The notes under the pieces were generated by a model. It had not been told where the DNA came from. It saw only the letters and a list, made by a program, of their open reading frames with translations, and did no database searches. The translations under genes and the position numbers were made by a program. From an uncultured Candidatus Saccharibacteria bacterium (GTDB lineage Bacteria; Patescibacteriota; Minisyncoccia; SW-4-49-11), in assembly GCA_964585065.1 (NCBI GenBank), contig CAZPCB010000002.1:1006-65005 (forward strand): a stretch of 64,000 bases of DNA, in the 5' to 3' direction. Position 1 is the first letter of the stretch; each line of letters begins with the position of its first letter. Shown here in pieces: positions 7,542-17,583 of this stretch.

Positions 7542-8450
7542 TCAGTGATTTGCCTTTGCTAATAAAGCCTGTTTACTAGGAATCCGTAGCTGATAAGCCC
7601 AACCAAGACGCTCCAGAAATCGTATGAAGTAGTAGGTAGGGTCTGGTAGTGTTACTATCTTGTCCCCCCGTACTGTAAAACCCTGTCTTGCTGAATATTC
7701 GAAGCCATGATGTAGATTATGCCAACCCTCGCCAAGAGTGATAATAGCCACCCAAGTGTTGTTACGACTACCATCGCGGGTAATGAATGGCTGATCACCT
7801 ACTAAGTGGGCCACAGAGTTTACCGTAGCAACACCGTGGAACAAAAGAGTAGTGCTCAGACAAAATGCAACCAACCATTCTATACCACCGATATGCCAGG
7901 AGATCCAAGCTAATGCCAAAGCTGGCACTATATGTAGTCTATCGATCAAACGTAATACAGGATCAGACTCTATATCAGCTGGTAGGGTACTAGGATGAAA
8001 TCCAGGTGAAAGTATCCAACCTATCTGAGCATGCCAAAAACCATGCAGTCGATTTCTATACATCAGAGGGCTATGAGGATCATCCAAGGTATCAACATGA
8101 CGATGATGGGCCTTGTGATGAGCCTTCCACCAACTTGGTCCCATCTGGCCTGCTGAGGCTGTTATTATGGATCCGATCCACCATACTAGTCTAGGAGCCT
8201 TATAGCTACCATGAGTTATCAAGCGATGGTAAATGGCAGTAATTCCAAGCATCCGTACTAGGTATAATACTGTAGCCCAGAGTATGGCGCATAAGCCAAG
8301 TCTCTCCCGAAACAACAGTAGACAGCCTAGATGTGCAACCAGTATGAATACCGGTCCCATACCATGCAAAAACCGAAGGAGATGGGATTGGGAAATAGAA
8401 TGGGAAGATACTGCTGTGGAACTGATAGATTTTGAATTAAACATCAGCAT
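7542..8450 (-). CDS. membrane acyl-lipid/acyl-CoA delta-9 fatty acid desaturase (DesC-like)
   Basis: Three His boxes: HRLITH, HHKAHHRH..DPHSP, GEGWHNLHHGFEYSARQG. GC-rich codons. The ORF-track start (8513) is a TTG; the ATG at 8450 is more likely. Confidence 0.8.
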   Translation of the reverse strand: MLMFNSKSISSTAVSSHSISQSHLLRFLHGMGPVFILVAHLGCLLLFRERLGLCAILWATVLYLVRMLGITAIYHRLITHGSYKAPRLVWWIGSIITASAGQMGPSWWKAHHKAHHRHVDTLDDPHSPLMYRNRLHGFWHAQIGWILSPGFHPSTLPADIESDPVLRLIDRLHIVPALALAWISWHIGGIEWLVAFCLSTTLLFHGVATVNSVAHLVGDQPFITRDGSRNNTWVAIITLGEGWHNLHHGFEYSARQGFTVRGDKIVTLPDPTYYFIRFLERLGWAYQLRIPSKQALLAKANH

Positions 8451-8612
8451 ATTCCAGCCCAAACTGGACCATAAGGACATAAACACCTTAGCATACTTAT
8501 TATGTTTAATCAATATACAGAAATATATCTATTCTAGGATATGACACTTCTATCCTTCAAAGAAAAATCCCTCCAGCTGAGCCAAAGGGATTGAGTTAGA
8601 TTGAATTGTAGA

Positions 8613-9314
8613 TCAGATGAGAGCTGAGGCAGCCAGCTTGGCGATTTCACGGGTGGAGAATCCGATAGAGACCAAAGACTCCTGATACGCGATAAGGAAA
8701 TCCTCAATGAGGTCTTCCCTGTCCATTTGGAGGACGGCCGCGTCACCGGCTACCTGATCAAGCATAATGCGTACCAAGGGGAGATTGTCCCGATTGGCCT
8801 GCTCGAGCTCCTCACGACTGGCTTCAAAATTGGCTTTGAGCCATTCTTGGCCATAATTGAGATGAGTGTATTCATCCTTGACTACTCCCTCGGTGATTTT
8901 CCGCGCAAACGGATCGGCAACAGGTATATAGATGTGATAAGCTGCAATTGCAAAGGCCTCGATGAGAATCGCTTGAATCAGCAAACAGGTGACTACCTTC
9001 CTCTCTGTAAAAGCTTTTTGAAAATTGCCATGTAGGGGCAAGAAAAACTTTTTAGCAAAAGGTATATCTGCTTGCACTCCCAAGTTGCGGGCACAGGCAG
9101 TGAAACCCTTCATATGCCTCAGCTCCATACCCGCAAGGCGGGTAAGCTCTTCAGCCTGATCGGGTAGCAAGCTACCAAGGGAAATGTAATTGTCATAAGC
9201 TTCTTGCTCACCTTCAATCACAATGGCATTAATCCTACTATAGGCATCTTTGTAAATGGCGCTGGTGAAGTCAGGAAGAGAGATTTGTTCTTGAGAAAGA
9301 GCAGTTGTGTTCAT
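8613..9314 (-). CDS. aldehyde-deformylating oxygenase (cyanobacterial-type alkane-forming ADO, ferritin-like di-iron)
   Basis: The strings [71 protein letters not shown].. are close to the Synechococcus orf1593 family as recalled. ATG at 9314; the track start at 9338 is a TTG. Confidence 0.8.
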   Translation of the reverse strand: MNTTALSQEQISLPDFTSAIYKDAYSRINAIVIEGEQEAYDNYISLGSLLPDQAEELTRLAGMELRHMKGFTACARNLGVQADIPFAKKFFLPLHGNFQKAFTERKVVTCLLIQAILIEAFAIAAYHIYIPVADPFARKITEGVVKDEYTHLNYGQEWLKANFEASREELEQANRDNLPLVRIMLDQVAGDAAVLQMDREDLIEDFLIAYQESLVSIGFSTREIAKLAASALI

Positions 9315-9446
9315 AATGGGTATTGGATAAAAATCCAAGAGGTCATTTTTATTATACGCCGCTTATTTTGCTTTGTATATATACACGAAATCATTGACAA
9401 TACCCCCTCAACACCCTATTATATACGTACTTTCTTTCATATCCTC

Positions 9447-9752
9447 ATGAAGCCAATTACAAGGAGTTCCAGAATTTCACTGATTGTGGGAACATTGATT
9501 AGAAAAAGATATCGTTATTATCATATAGAGAAAAAAGAGGCCATATTGCGTGGAGTAATATATGCTATACCTGGTCAAGTTCTTCCTCACTGCAATGGAG
9601 ATTGGACTGAATTAGAGCTGGGTTTATATGAATATTTTAGAACAAAGGGACAGCCTGGATCATTTAATGAGGAAGAGATGCAGACTCTTACTCGAGAGTA
9701 TTTCTCATCATTGCAAGCAACTATAGAATATATCACCCCCAAGGAAGACTAA
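9447..9752 (+). CDS. possible small hypothetical protein in the divergent ADO/CFA-synthase intergenic region
   Basis: ATG-initiated portion (101 aa) of track ORF 9204-9752; the upstream part overlaps ADO and is likely spurious. Confidence 0.15.
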   Translation: MKPITRSSRISLIVGTLIRKRYRYYHIEKKEAILRGVIYAIPGQVLPHCNGDWTELELGLYEYFRTKGQPGSFNEEEMQTLTREYFSSLQATIEYITPKED

Positions 9753-9865
9753 TCTCTTCCTTTTTTCTTTGCATAATTTGCTATAAATCCTCTTGGATAC
9801 TTGACTTTTACCTCATTTCCTGTTAGTGTTTCAAAGCATACTCTTCGGGGTATCGTTCTTTCACA

Positions 9866-11071
9866 ATGGAGCATTTAACCATGTCTGCTCAGACACGTGT
9901 TGAGAGATTTTTTGATAAAGCAGGAGTTGACCAAACCTTTATTACTGCAACTTCTAAGTTTTATAAAGCTTTCGATGGACGGTTCACCCTTGGAATGGGT
10001 GAATCTTATATCAATGGCAGTTTTGCGATTGGTGATGAGAATCTCATCGAAATGTTTACCAGAATTTTTGGAAGCTTAAATGGATTCTTGCGGGGAGATG
10101 ATTATGCTGGGTTTAGCTCACTGGGATTTTATCGGCTGTATCAGCTGATGAATGCCACCCAAATGATCAATTGGCAACACATCCGTGCAAAGTATTTTGC
10201 GGATATTCACTATGAGCTACCTCATCAGCTTTTTGTCCAGATGCTTGGCCCCTCTCGGGCTTATAGCTCTGGTTATTGGCCAGAGGGGGTGGAGACTCTA
10301 GACCAGGCTCAGGATGCCAAGTTTGACTTGATTATCCGCAAGCTTGGTCTCAAAGCCGGTGAAACCGTACTCGACTTCGGTTGTGGGGCGGGTAGTTTTG
10401 GCAGATATGCAGGATCTCGCGGTATTCGAGTCGTAGGACTCAATATCTGCCAGGAACAACTCGCTTATGCTCGAGCTCACAATGACCAAGAAGTTCCTGC
10501 AATTTACCTTGATTTTAATTTGGTAACACAAAGTGTTGCTGAGTTACAATCAATTCTCAAACCCTATGGGATTGAGAATTTCGATGCTGTTACCTTTATT
10601 GGCTCGATTGAGCATGTGGGTTGGAAGAACTATGCTTCTCTCTATCGCAAGCTCTATCAGCTTCTGAATCCTACGGGACGGATTCTCTGCCATGTTATTG
10701 GATCCTATATTCCATTACCGGTGGCCGATCCCTATATCATGACCAAGATTTTCCCTGACTCGCAGCTTGCTGTGATCAGTGAAATGACCAAGGCAACTGA
10801 GAAGACTGGCTTCCAGCTAATGGATTGGCACAACCTGGAAACAGGTGTTCACTCCTATGCCAAGACACTGAGAGCTTGGCTTAACAACTTCCAAACCAAC
10901 TGGGAAACTATCAAGCCCTCTATGCCTCACAAAGATAAGGAAGCCTTTTACCGAGAATGGGTATTCTACCTAATGCTCTGTATTGGAGCCTTCGAGTCTG
11001 ACTTTGTCAATGTTGGGCACTATGTGTTCCGCAAGACTGCAGACACTCACCCATTCACTCCAGTCCGCTAA
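9866..11071 (+). CDS. cyclopropane-fatty-acyl-phospholipid synthase family SAM-dependent methyltransferase
   Basis: 401 aa; SAM motif VLDFGCGAGSF; CMAS-like length and C-terminal region; GC-rich. Confidence 0.7.
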   Translation: MEHLTMSAQTRVERFFDKAGVDQTFITATSKFYKAFDGRFTLGMGESYINGSFAIGDENLIEMFTRIFGSLNGFLRGDDYAGFSSLGFYRLYQLMNATQMINWQHIRAKYFADIHYELPHQLFVQMLGPSRAYSSGYWPEGVETLDQAQDAKFDLIIRKLGLKAGETVLDFGCGAGSFGRYAGSRGIRVVGLNICQEQLAYARAHNDQEVPAIYLDFNLVTQSVAELQSILKPYGIENFDAVTFIGSIEHVGWKNYASLYRKLYQLLNPTGRILCHVIGSYIPLPVADPYIMTKIFPDSQLAVISEMTKATEKTGFQLMDWHNLETGVHSYAKTLRAWLNNFQTNWETIKPSMPHKDKEAFYREWVFYLMLCIGAFESDFVNVGHYVFRKTADTHPFTPVR

Positions 11072-11086
11072 GCCCTGAATACTCAC

Positions 11087-11113
11087 CGAGGGAAGCCCAG
11101 CTTCCCTCTTTTT
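11087..11113 (+). terminator. rho-independent terminator (gagggaagc-cca-gcttccctc + T6)
   Basis: Hairpin plus T-run directly after the CFA-synthase-like stop. Confidence 0.6.
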
Positions 11114-11184
11114 TATTACTCTTGTTATTTTCCTAATAATATACTATGATAAAGCGGTTGTGAAACTAATAATATACTAAATAT

Positions 11185-11544
11185 ATGAAGAATTTAGGTA
11201 TAGAGATTGTTGGAGATTTAAAAGGTATTGATAAAGAATTTTTAACCCATATTAATAGTGATGAAATTCAGGCTGAGATTTCTCGGCTTATCTCTCATTA
11301 TGGATTTCATGAGCTTGGAAACTATTATCATTCTTTTGAGCCAGGACTCACAGCTGCTGTCGCTCTTGCCGAATCTCATGTAACCTTTCATACTTGGCCT
11401 GAATTTGGGTATGTAAGTTTGAATGTTTTTACCTGTAATTATACCAAAGATAATGATGATAATGCCAAAGCTTTATTTGATGATATCGCCTCCCTATTCC
11501 GAGCAGAGAATATAGATAAACAAATCATTTTACGTAATCATTAG
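11185..11544 (+). CDS. speH: S-adenosylmethionine decarboxylase proenzyme (small bacterial/archaeal SpeH type)
   Basis: 119 aa; ESHVTFHTWPEFGYVSLNVFTC matches the AdoMetDC processing-site region (ESH.S.HTWPE). Confidence 0.7.
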   Translation: MKNLGIEIVGDLKGIDKEFLTHINSDEIQAEISRLISHYGFHELGNYYHSFEPGLTAAVALAESHVTFHTWPEFGYVSLNVFTCNYTKDNDDNAKALFDDIASLFRAENIDKQIILRNH

Positions 11545-11550
11545 AAATAA

Positions 11551-11580
11551 AAAAGCCCCCGACAAATGCTGGGGGCTGAG
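11551..11580. terminator. bidirectional terminator hairpin (gccccc-N10-gggggc) between convergent speH and the 11598-11864 ORF
   Basis: aaaagcccccgacaaatgctgggggct. Confidence 0.55.
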
Positions 11581-11597
11581 TGGAAGGGCAAAAGCCC

Positions 11598-11864
11598 TTA
11601 TTTGTGTACCTGTGAAGGCATTGGAGGGTTGGGGTCGGTCGGATCCACACCCAACAGCGCCGGCACAGTTAGGGCTGCAAGGCCCACAACCAAAAGACCT
11701 AGCAACACCTTCTTGAAGGGTGAGCGACGATCCTGACGTGGACGAGGGGGCAGAGGGGGATCGAGCACAACTCGATCCCCTTTGAAGTTACCCCCTTTGA
11801 GAAAAGCAGGAAGCTGAGGTTCCACTTGGCCAACATTGAGAAAGGCGGGGAGTTCAGGTGCCAT
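11598..11864 (-). CDS. hypothetical Pro-rich protein with a C-terminal hydrophobic segment; GC-rich
   Basis: 88 aa, ATG start; composition (~58% GC) is foreign relative to its flanks. Confidence 0.3.
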   Translation of the reverse strand: MAPELPAFLNVGQVEPQLPAFLKGGNFKGDRVVLDPPLPPRPRQDRRSPFKKVLLGLLVVGLAALTVPALLGVDPTDPNPPMPSQVHK

Positions 11865-11986
11865 TGAATGAACAAAACAATGTAGTTCGAAAAAAATTAT
11901 ACCACAAAAACCCTATTTTGTCAATATATAATAACACTATTTTAGCATATGCTTGCGAATTTTACTGAAAAAGGTATACTATCTCT

Positions 11987-13138
11987 ATGAATATATTATC
12001 CTCTTTTCGCTATATTAAATCACTATTCTTTCCCCGTATAAGCCCATTGATTACGGTACATATTGATGAGGCAGCTTTATTACATAATTTGAGAGAGTAT
12101 AGACAAGCCTATCCCGATATACAATTTGCGCCTGTACTCAAAAGCAATGCTTATGGACATGGGCTTATTCCTATTGCTCATATATTGGACTCCCCCAATA
12201 TCCCCTTCCTGATTGTAGACTCTTATTATGAGGCTTTAACCCTGCGGCAAAACGCTATCAAATCCCCCATTCTCATTATTGGGTATATTTTGCCTGAAAT
12301 TATCAAAAAATCTCGCCTCAAAAATGTATATTTTACCGTGACAAGTTTGGCGCAATTACAAGGAATTAATGATAGTATTCGGCGTCCTATCTCTATACAT
12401 CTCAAAATCGATACTGGTATGCATAGGCAGGGTTTATTACCGACTGAAATTCATCAAGCTATTACTATTATTAAAAAGAATTCTTCACTACAATTACAAG
12501 GTATATGCTCTCATCTTGCTGATGCGGATAATAAGATAAGTACATATAATCAAGCTCAATTAGATCAATGGGAACAAAGTATTCCGTTTTTTAAAACCGC
12601 CTTTCCTAATCTCAAGTATTATCATATATCAGCAAGCGCTGGGCTTATACATACCGATAAGTCTCATCATAATCTTGCTCGATTAGGTTTGGGATTATAT
12701 GGAATTAGTATTATTGAGAATAATAAACTTTCCCTGAAGCCCGTTATCTCACTTACTTCTATCATTAGTGGGATAAAAGTTATCAAAAAAGGTGATACCG
12801 TTGGATATAATAATACCTTTATTGCCAAAAATGATATGTTAATCGCGACTATACCCGCTGGTTATGCTGAGGGAGTCGATCGTAGATTATCTAATATTGG
12901 GCAAGTGGAGATAGCGGAAATATTATGCCCAATCATTGGGCGAGTAAGTATGAATATTACTACTATTGATATTACTCATATGCCGAATATTCAAATTGGA
13001 GATATTGTGACTCTTATCAGCAATGATCATTCCTCCCCTATTTCTGTTAGTGCTATTGCTAAAATGTGCGATACTATTCCTTATGAAATTCTGATACATA
13101 TTCCTGGATATTTGCGCCGAGAGATCAAAAAAGCATAA
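11987..13138 (+). CDS. alr: alanine racemase
   Basis: 383 aa; PLP-lysine motif AVLKSNAYGHG. Confidence 0.85.
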   Translation: MNILSSFRYIKSLFFPRISPLITVHIDEAALLHNLREYRQAYPDIQFAPVLKSNAYGHGLIPIAHILDSPNIPFLIVDSYYEALTLRQNAIKSPILIIGYILPEIIKKSRLKNVYFTVTSLAQLQGINDSIRRPISIHLKIDTGMHRQGLLPTEIHQAITIIKKNSSLQLQGICSHLADADNKISTYNQAQLDQWEQSIPFFKTAFPNLKYYHISASAGLIHTDKSHHNLARLGLGLYGISIIENNKLSLKPVISLTSIISGIKVIKKGDTVGYNNTFIAKNDMLIATIPAGYAEGVDRRLSNIGQVEIAEILCPIIGRVSMNITTIDITHMPNIQIGDIVTLISNDHSSPISVSAIAKMCDTIPYEILIHIPGYLRREIKKA

Positions 13139-13252
13139 AACTATTTGAGTATATCGAGTTCTAACTCTTGTATTATCAATGGGTTTAGGAGATAACTTGG
13201 TTTTAGCTTAGAATTATGATAATTTATAAGGGTTGTACATTTATTTAAAAAC

Positions 13253-13432
13253 ATGGTGGATTTTGATCCTTTTGTCTTATTGGGGATTTTTTCTACAGAA
13301 GAGGCTGAGAAAGCAATCAATAGCTGGGATCAATTTGAACAGAGACCATCTACTAATCCTGGTTATGTAGAGATATACGTATGTCCAGAAGAAAAAGCTT
13401 GGAGAGAATCACAATGTTCATCCGATATTTAA
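13253..13432 (+). CDS. possible 59-aa small protein (just below the ORF-track cutoff), followed by a hairpin terminator
   Basis: ATG 13253, TAA 13430-13432; hairpin aaagctccatcattgatggagcttt at 13462-13487. Confidence 0.2.
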   Translation: MVDFDPFVLLGIFSTEEAEKAINSWDQFEQRPSTNPGYVEIYVCPEEKAWRESQCSSDI

Positions 13433-13572
13433 AAAATTTTATTGATATAAATTCCCCCAACCTAAAGCTCCATCATTGATGGAGCTTTTCCACATTTTTA
13501 GGGCAATAGACAATTTTATATAGAGTATAGTATACTTGTTATATATTATATATAATATAAACAAAAAAAAAT

Positions 13573-14457
13573 ATGGCTACAGTAAAACCTAAGAGTTTAT
13601 CCAATAATTTACCTATTGTTATCACATTGATTTTAGTTCCTATTTTCTTTATATTTAGTACATTTTTAATATTCATACTCGTTAATAGCCGCAATAGAAT
13701 TAGTGATCAAGATATTAAGGTAAGCTTATTAGAAATTAAAAGTTATACCAGTGAAAGTGCTGAATTCTCTTTACGTGTTGATGGAGATCAATCAAAAATT
13801 ATTGAAAAAGGTTTTGTATACGACACCAATCCAGAACCATCTCTTCAAACTAAAAGTACTACTACCACTCCTTTCACTGAAATATTTGGGGGAAGTTCAT
13901 ATATAGAAACTGATCAAAGTGTCATATTGTCAGGAGATGAGACAAAGACTACTGCTAATAATTTATATCGAGATGATACCTATTTTGTGAGAGCTTATGC
14001 AAGGACATCATCAGGATTTATTTATAGTAATGAATTGTCTTTTGTAGTTGGGAAGGATAAAGTAGCTACGAGTTATTATGAAAGCCCTTCTGCAGGCACA
14101 ACTCCACAAAGTAGAGATGCTAGGAGGCTGGCAGATGCAAATTCTATCTTAAATGCTATATTAACACTTAAAGACCAGAATCCTAAAGCAATTCCTTCAT
14201 ATCCTAAACTTTCTCCCACTCCACAAAATTTAAGAATTGGTGGGGAAACGCCATGTACATACTCCATTTTACAAAATGCTGAAACCTCATTAACCAACTC
14301 CCTTAAAAAAATTGGATATACCATCCCAGAAGACCCACAATCAAGATCTGTTGGCTGTTCCGATTATGGTATAGCTTTGGAATCAAATCAAACCATAACC
14401 ATAACAGCTCCAAATGCTGAGATTTCTGTCGTAAAGGTAAATTCAGCTAACAGATAG
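13573..14457 (+). CDS. membrane-anchored secreted protein with an FN3-like beta-sandwich segment
   Basis: N-terminal TM; segment YFVRAYARTSSGFIYSNELSF resembles an FN3 C-terminal strand pattern. Confidence 0.5.
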   Translation: MATVKPKSLSNNLPIVITLILVPIFFIFSTFLIFILVNSRNRISDQDIKVSLLEIKSYTSESAEFSLRVDGDQSKIIEKGFVYDTNPEPSLQTKSTTTTPFTEIFGGSSYIETDQSVILSGDETKTTANNLYRDDTYFVRAYARTSSGFIYSNELSFVVGKDKVATSYYESPSAGTTPQSRDARRLADANSILNAILTLKDQNPKAIPSYPKLSPTPQNLRIGGETPCTYSILQNAETSLTNSLKKIGYTIPEDPQSRSVGCSDYGIALESNQTITITAPNAEISVVKVNSANR

Positions 14458-14531
14458 TTATCCACATTGACATAACAATAAACTTACATTACTATTAAAT
14501 TAGTTCTTATAAAATAATAATATATAAATCT

Positions 14532-15017
14532 ATGTTTGAAGAATTTAGTCCACGATTTGAATCAACTTTCCGTACTATATTTATTCTTTGGGTAGTAGGT
14601 TGGGCTTTCATCAATGGATTTGATGTTTTGCGTCAATATGCTGAATTTGGATATTCATCAGGTGGTAGTGATACCGCTCTCATAACATGGTTCTTTAGGC
14701 TAATTACATCTGTTTTAGCTTTCACGCTTGGTATTGTTTTATTATTTTGGTCATCTAATGTACCAAATAGAATTAAAAGATTAAGACCAATTAGCAATAT
14801 CCCCCTATTTACTGGACTCACAGTATTATACTATTTGTTTCCAACGGTAGCTAAAATAATTATTGATACTGCTGCTGCAACCAATGAAACATTTTTAAGA
14901 ACATTTATATTTAATTCTGCTTGGTTATTCCCTAGTATTATTATATTGGTATTCCATTTATTATATTATCTAAATATTGGTAAATATAATGAGACTTTAG
15001 AGGAATCTCAAAAATAA
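14532..15017 (+). CDS. hypothetical integral membrane protein (about 4 TM)
   Basis: 161-aa ORF with hydrophobic segments. Confidence 0.5.
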   Translation: MFEEFSPRFESTFRTIFILWVVGWAFINGFDVLRQYAEFGYSSGGSDTALITWFFRLITSVLAFTLGIVLLFWSSNVPNRIKRLRPISNIPLFTGLTVLYYLFPTVAKIIIDTAAATNETFLRTFIFNSAWLFPSIIILVFHLLYYLNIGKYNETLEESQK

Positions 15018-15072
15018 TGCTATTTCCTCTACACTGTAATATTGTACTTACAAATAATTATATATAATCGAT

Positions 15073-15876
15073 ATGAGTAGCACTAATTCACGCAAATGGA
15101 AATTGATACTTGGTATTCCTGTAACTCTTATTTTGCTTTGGCTACTTGCATCATTATATTTGACAAGCCAATCTACTGTGCTGATTTTTAATAACAAAGT
15201 TAGTTGGGCTCCCGTACCTAATTTTGGATATAAACTTGAATTCCTAAAAGATAAAGAAAATCGCTCTATTTCTCTGTGGACATTTGACCAAAACAAACAA
15301 TCTGATAAAGTTATTTTATATCTTCATGGAAATTCAGGAAGAATCAATGATTTCTTTGCTGATTTAGTGCAATATGGAACTGTGGTATCCCCTGCTTATC
15401 CTGGATATCATGAATCAGAAGGATCCCCTGATACTGATGGAGTATATGAAGCAGCTTTACTTGCTTATGATAATTTGGTTACTACAAAAGGTATTGATCC
15501 AAAAAATATTATTATATTAGGTCATTCTATGGGAGGGTCTCCAGCAGTATATGTTGCGAGTGAGAGACCAGAAACTCGTAAATTAATATTAATTAATACT
15601 TTTAGTAGTATTCAGAGTATGTGTCAAAGACAATATTCTATTCTTTGTGGATTTACTGGAGATATTCTTCCTACTACAACTTATGCTCCTAAAGTCACTA
15701 TTCCAGTACGACAATTTGTGTATAGAGGAGATCTTAGTGTCCCACCTGCAGAAGGAGACAAATTATTTGAAAATTTCACGGGAGCTAATGACAAAAAGAA
15801 ATTTGATTTAAATAAAAATACTCATACCTATCCTAATCTTAATGAAGTATTCACCCTAGCCGAGGAAGCTAATTAA
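15073..15876 (+). CDS. alpha/beta hydrolase fold protein
   Basis: N-terminal TM, GHSMGG nucleophile elbow, HG oxyanion motif (LYLHGNSG). Confidence 0.7.
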   Translation: MSSTNSRKWKLILGIPVTLILLWLLASLYLTSQSTVLIFNNKVSWAPVPNFGYKLEFLKDKENRSISLWTFDQNKQSDKVILYLHGNSGRINDFFADLVQYGTVVSPAYPGYHESEGSPDTDGVYEAALLAYDNLVTTKGIDPKNIIILGHSMGGSPAVYVASERPETRKLILINTFSSIQSMCQRQYSILCGFTGDILPTTTYAPKVTIPVRQFVYRGDLSVPPAEGDKLFENFTGANDKKKFDLNKNTHTYPNLNEVFTLAEEAN

Positions 15877-16544
15877 GACAATATTTCTAATAATTTTTGT
15901 TCACTGAGTTTACGATATCCTCCTTCTGGGATATCGTTTAATTCTATATGCCCAATGCGTATTCTCAGTAAATCTAATACATTATACCTCAGAGCCCTCG
16001 CCATACGCCGTATTTGCCTATTTTTGCCCTCAGTTAGGGTTATCTTGATTGTATCATTGCTCATACGCTTGATTCGACAAGGTTTGGTATGATAACCGGT
16101 GTCAATTTTGACCCCTTCTCTTAATTTTTCAATATCAGCTTGAGAAATAGGGCGATTCAATGTCACTATATAATCTTTTTCCATTTGGACTTTGGGCTCT
16201 AGGAGTTTTTTGGTAATACGCCCATCATTGGTAAGTATAATAAGTCCTCGTGAATCTTTATCTAATCTCCCAACTGGGAACACATCATCTCCAAAATCTG
16301 TAATATCTTGTATAGATTTTTCTCCTTCTTGGGGGCTGTGGGATACGATTCCCACGGGCTTATGATAGGCATAATATTTGTATTGCTTCTCATAACCTAT
16401 TACTTCCACCTTATCCCCTTCTTTGATATCCATACCAAGTTCAGCGAGAATTCCATTGACGAAAACCTTTCCTTCTTGAATTAATCTATCTGCCTCACGC
16501 CGAGAACAAATATCTTGATCGGCTAAATACTTATTAATTCGCAT
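15873..16544 (-). CDS. rsuA: pseudouridine synthase, RsuA/RluB family (S4 domain + catalytic domain)
   Basis: MRINKYLA..SRREAD (S4 domain); GRLDKDSRGLIILTNDG catalytic motif. Confidence 0.8.
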   Translation of the reverse strand: MRINKYLADQDICSRREADRLIQEGKVFVNGILAELGMDIKEGDKVEVIGYEKQYKYYAYHKPVGIVSHSPQEGEKSIQDITDFGDDVFPVGRLDKDSRGLIILTNDGRITKKLLEPKVQMEKDYIVTLNRPISQADIEKLREGVKIDTGYHTKPCRIKRMSNDTIKITLTEGKNRQIRRMARALRYNVLDLLRIRIGHIELNDIPEGGYRKLSEQKLLEILS

Positions 16545-16640
16545 ATATACTCTTATTATATGCCCTATACTAACATGCTTTTGAAGTTTACGGAATAGTA
16601 TGATAGATTATATACAGTATTAAATAAATATATACACTAT

Positions 16641-17513
16641 ATGCAAATTGAGCCTGGAACTTCTCCAAAACATCGCTATGAATTAATAAAAGCTACGCTT
16701 CTGGTTATTGTTGGTGCTCTTATTGCTATTACGATAGTATATGGTGTCCCCTATTTCTCTCCTAAGGAAGTAGCCGATCCTATTGAGCCTGTTGTTTCAG
16801 TTCCTGAAGTAAAGCCAACTCCTGTTGTAGAGAATACGCCCGCCCCTACTCAAGAGCCTGCTCCTAAAGAAAAAGTTTATACTCAAGATGAACTTAATAC
16901 TATCTTTGAGATGGATAAGAAAAAAGCTGGGACTAAGCTCTTTTATTCCTCCAAATTAGGTGTTGGATTTACTTATGCTCCTCTAGATAAAAAAGATGAT
17001 CCTAGTGGAAATCTAACCCTTAATACAGTAAAAGAGGTAGAGAATAAAATTTATCTTACCGATGGGACAGAAAAAGCTAATTCGAATCCATCCACTTGGG
17101 GTGGTCATAGTTTAGAATTATTTACTAAAACCTCCACAGATAGTCTTGATCAAGCTATTACCAAAGAGTTCTTAAGTGGTGTAGATCCTAAAAATTGTTC
17201 TGTTGTGCTAAATGGAGAAGAATATAATCCAGCCCCTTCCACTATAGATGTTGCTTATTTCAAATACTTAATTGATCCTAAAGCTAGCAAATCTGACATC
17301 GAAAACAATGGTAAATGGGGATATAATCTATGTCCTAAAAAAGCTCAGTCATATATACAGTCTACAGGAGCAGAATTTTTTATCGGAGGGAAAGACAAGT
17401 CAAACACCACCTATGGATTCTTAAGACTAGGAAATGGAGCTCAAAGAGCTGATTCAGGAATTAAAGGAGACACTGAAGGGTCTTGGGTTAATACAATACG
17501 CTTCTTAAAATAA
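16641..17513 (+). CDS. membrane-anchored secreted hypothetical protein
   Basis: 290 aa with N-terminal TM and a Pro/Thr-rich linker. Confidence 0.5.
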   Translation: MQIEPGTSPKHRYELIKATLLVIVGALIAITIVYGVPYFSPKEVADPIEPVVSVPEVKPTPVVENTPAPTQEPAPKEKVYTQDELNTIFEMDKKKAGTKLFYSSKLGVGFTYAPLDKKDDPSGNLTLNTVKEVENKIYLTDGTEKANSNPSTWGGHSLELFTKTSTDSLDQAITKEFLSGVDPKNCSVVLNGEEYNPAPSTIDVAYFKYLIDPKASKSDIENNGKWGYNLCPKKAQSYIQSTGAEFFIGGKDKSNTTYGFLRLGNGAQRADSGIKGDTEGSWVNTIRFLK

Positions 17514-17529
17514 TATCCCTACACCTACA

Positions 17530-17560
17530 AAAACACCTTATCAAAAAGGTGTTTTTGTTT
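17530..17560. terminator. bidirectional terminator (aaaaacacctt-atcaaaa-aggtgttttt) between convergent genes
   Basis: Perfect 10-bp stem flanked by A/T runs. Confidence 0.6.
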
Positions 17561-17583
17561 TCTCTTTATACTGTTACCTATAC

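Noticed and set aside
9204-9446. Upstream part of ORF 9204-9752 overlapping the ADO N-terminus
   Set aside because: It overlaps a strongly supported gene on the opposite strand. Only the ATG-initiated tail (9447-9752) is retained, at low confidence.
7542-11113. GC-rich island as a possible chimeric mis-assembly rather than HGT
   Set aside because: Cannot be excluded from sequence alone. However, both boundaries fall in intergenic DNA with terminator/repeat features, and the AT-rich speH gene plus another GC-rich ORF continue the mosaic. It is kept as a finding with this caveat.
14458-14466. Perfect TTATCCACA 9-mers away from the origin (14458, 31011, 62022)
   Set aside because: About 0.5-1 perfect match is expected by chance in 64 kb on both strands. 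They are isolated singletons, not clusters. The one 70 bp upstream of the LexA-methyltransferase start is noted but not interpretable alone.
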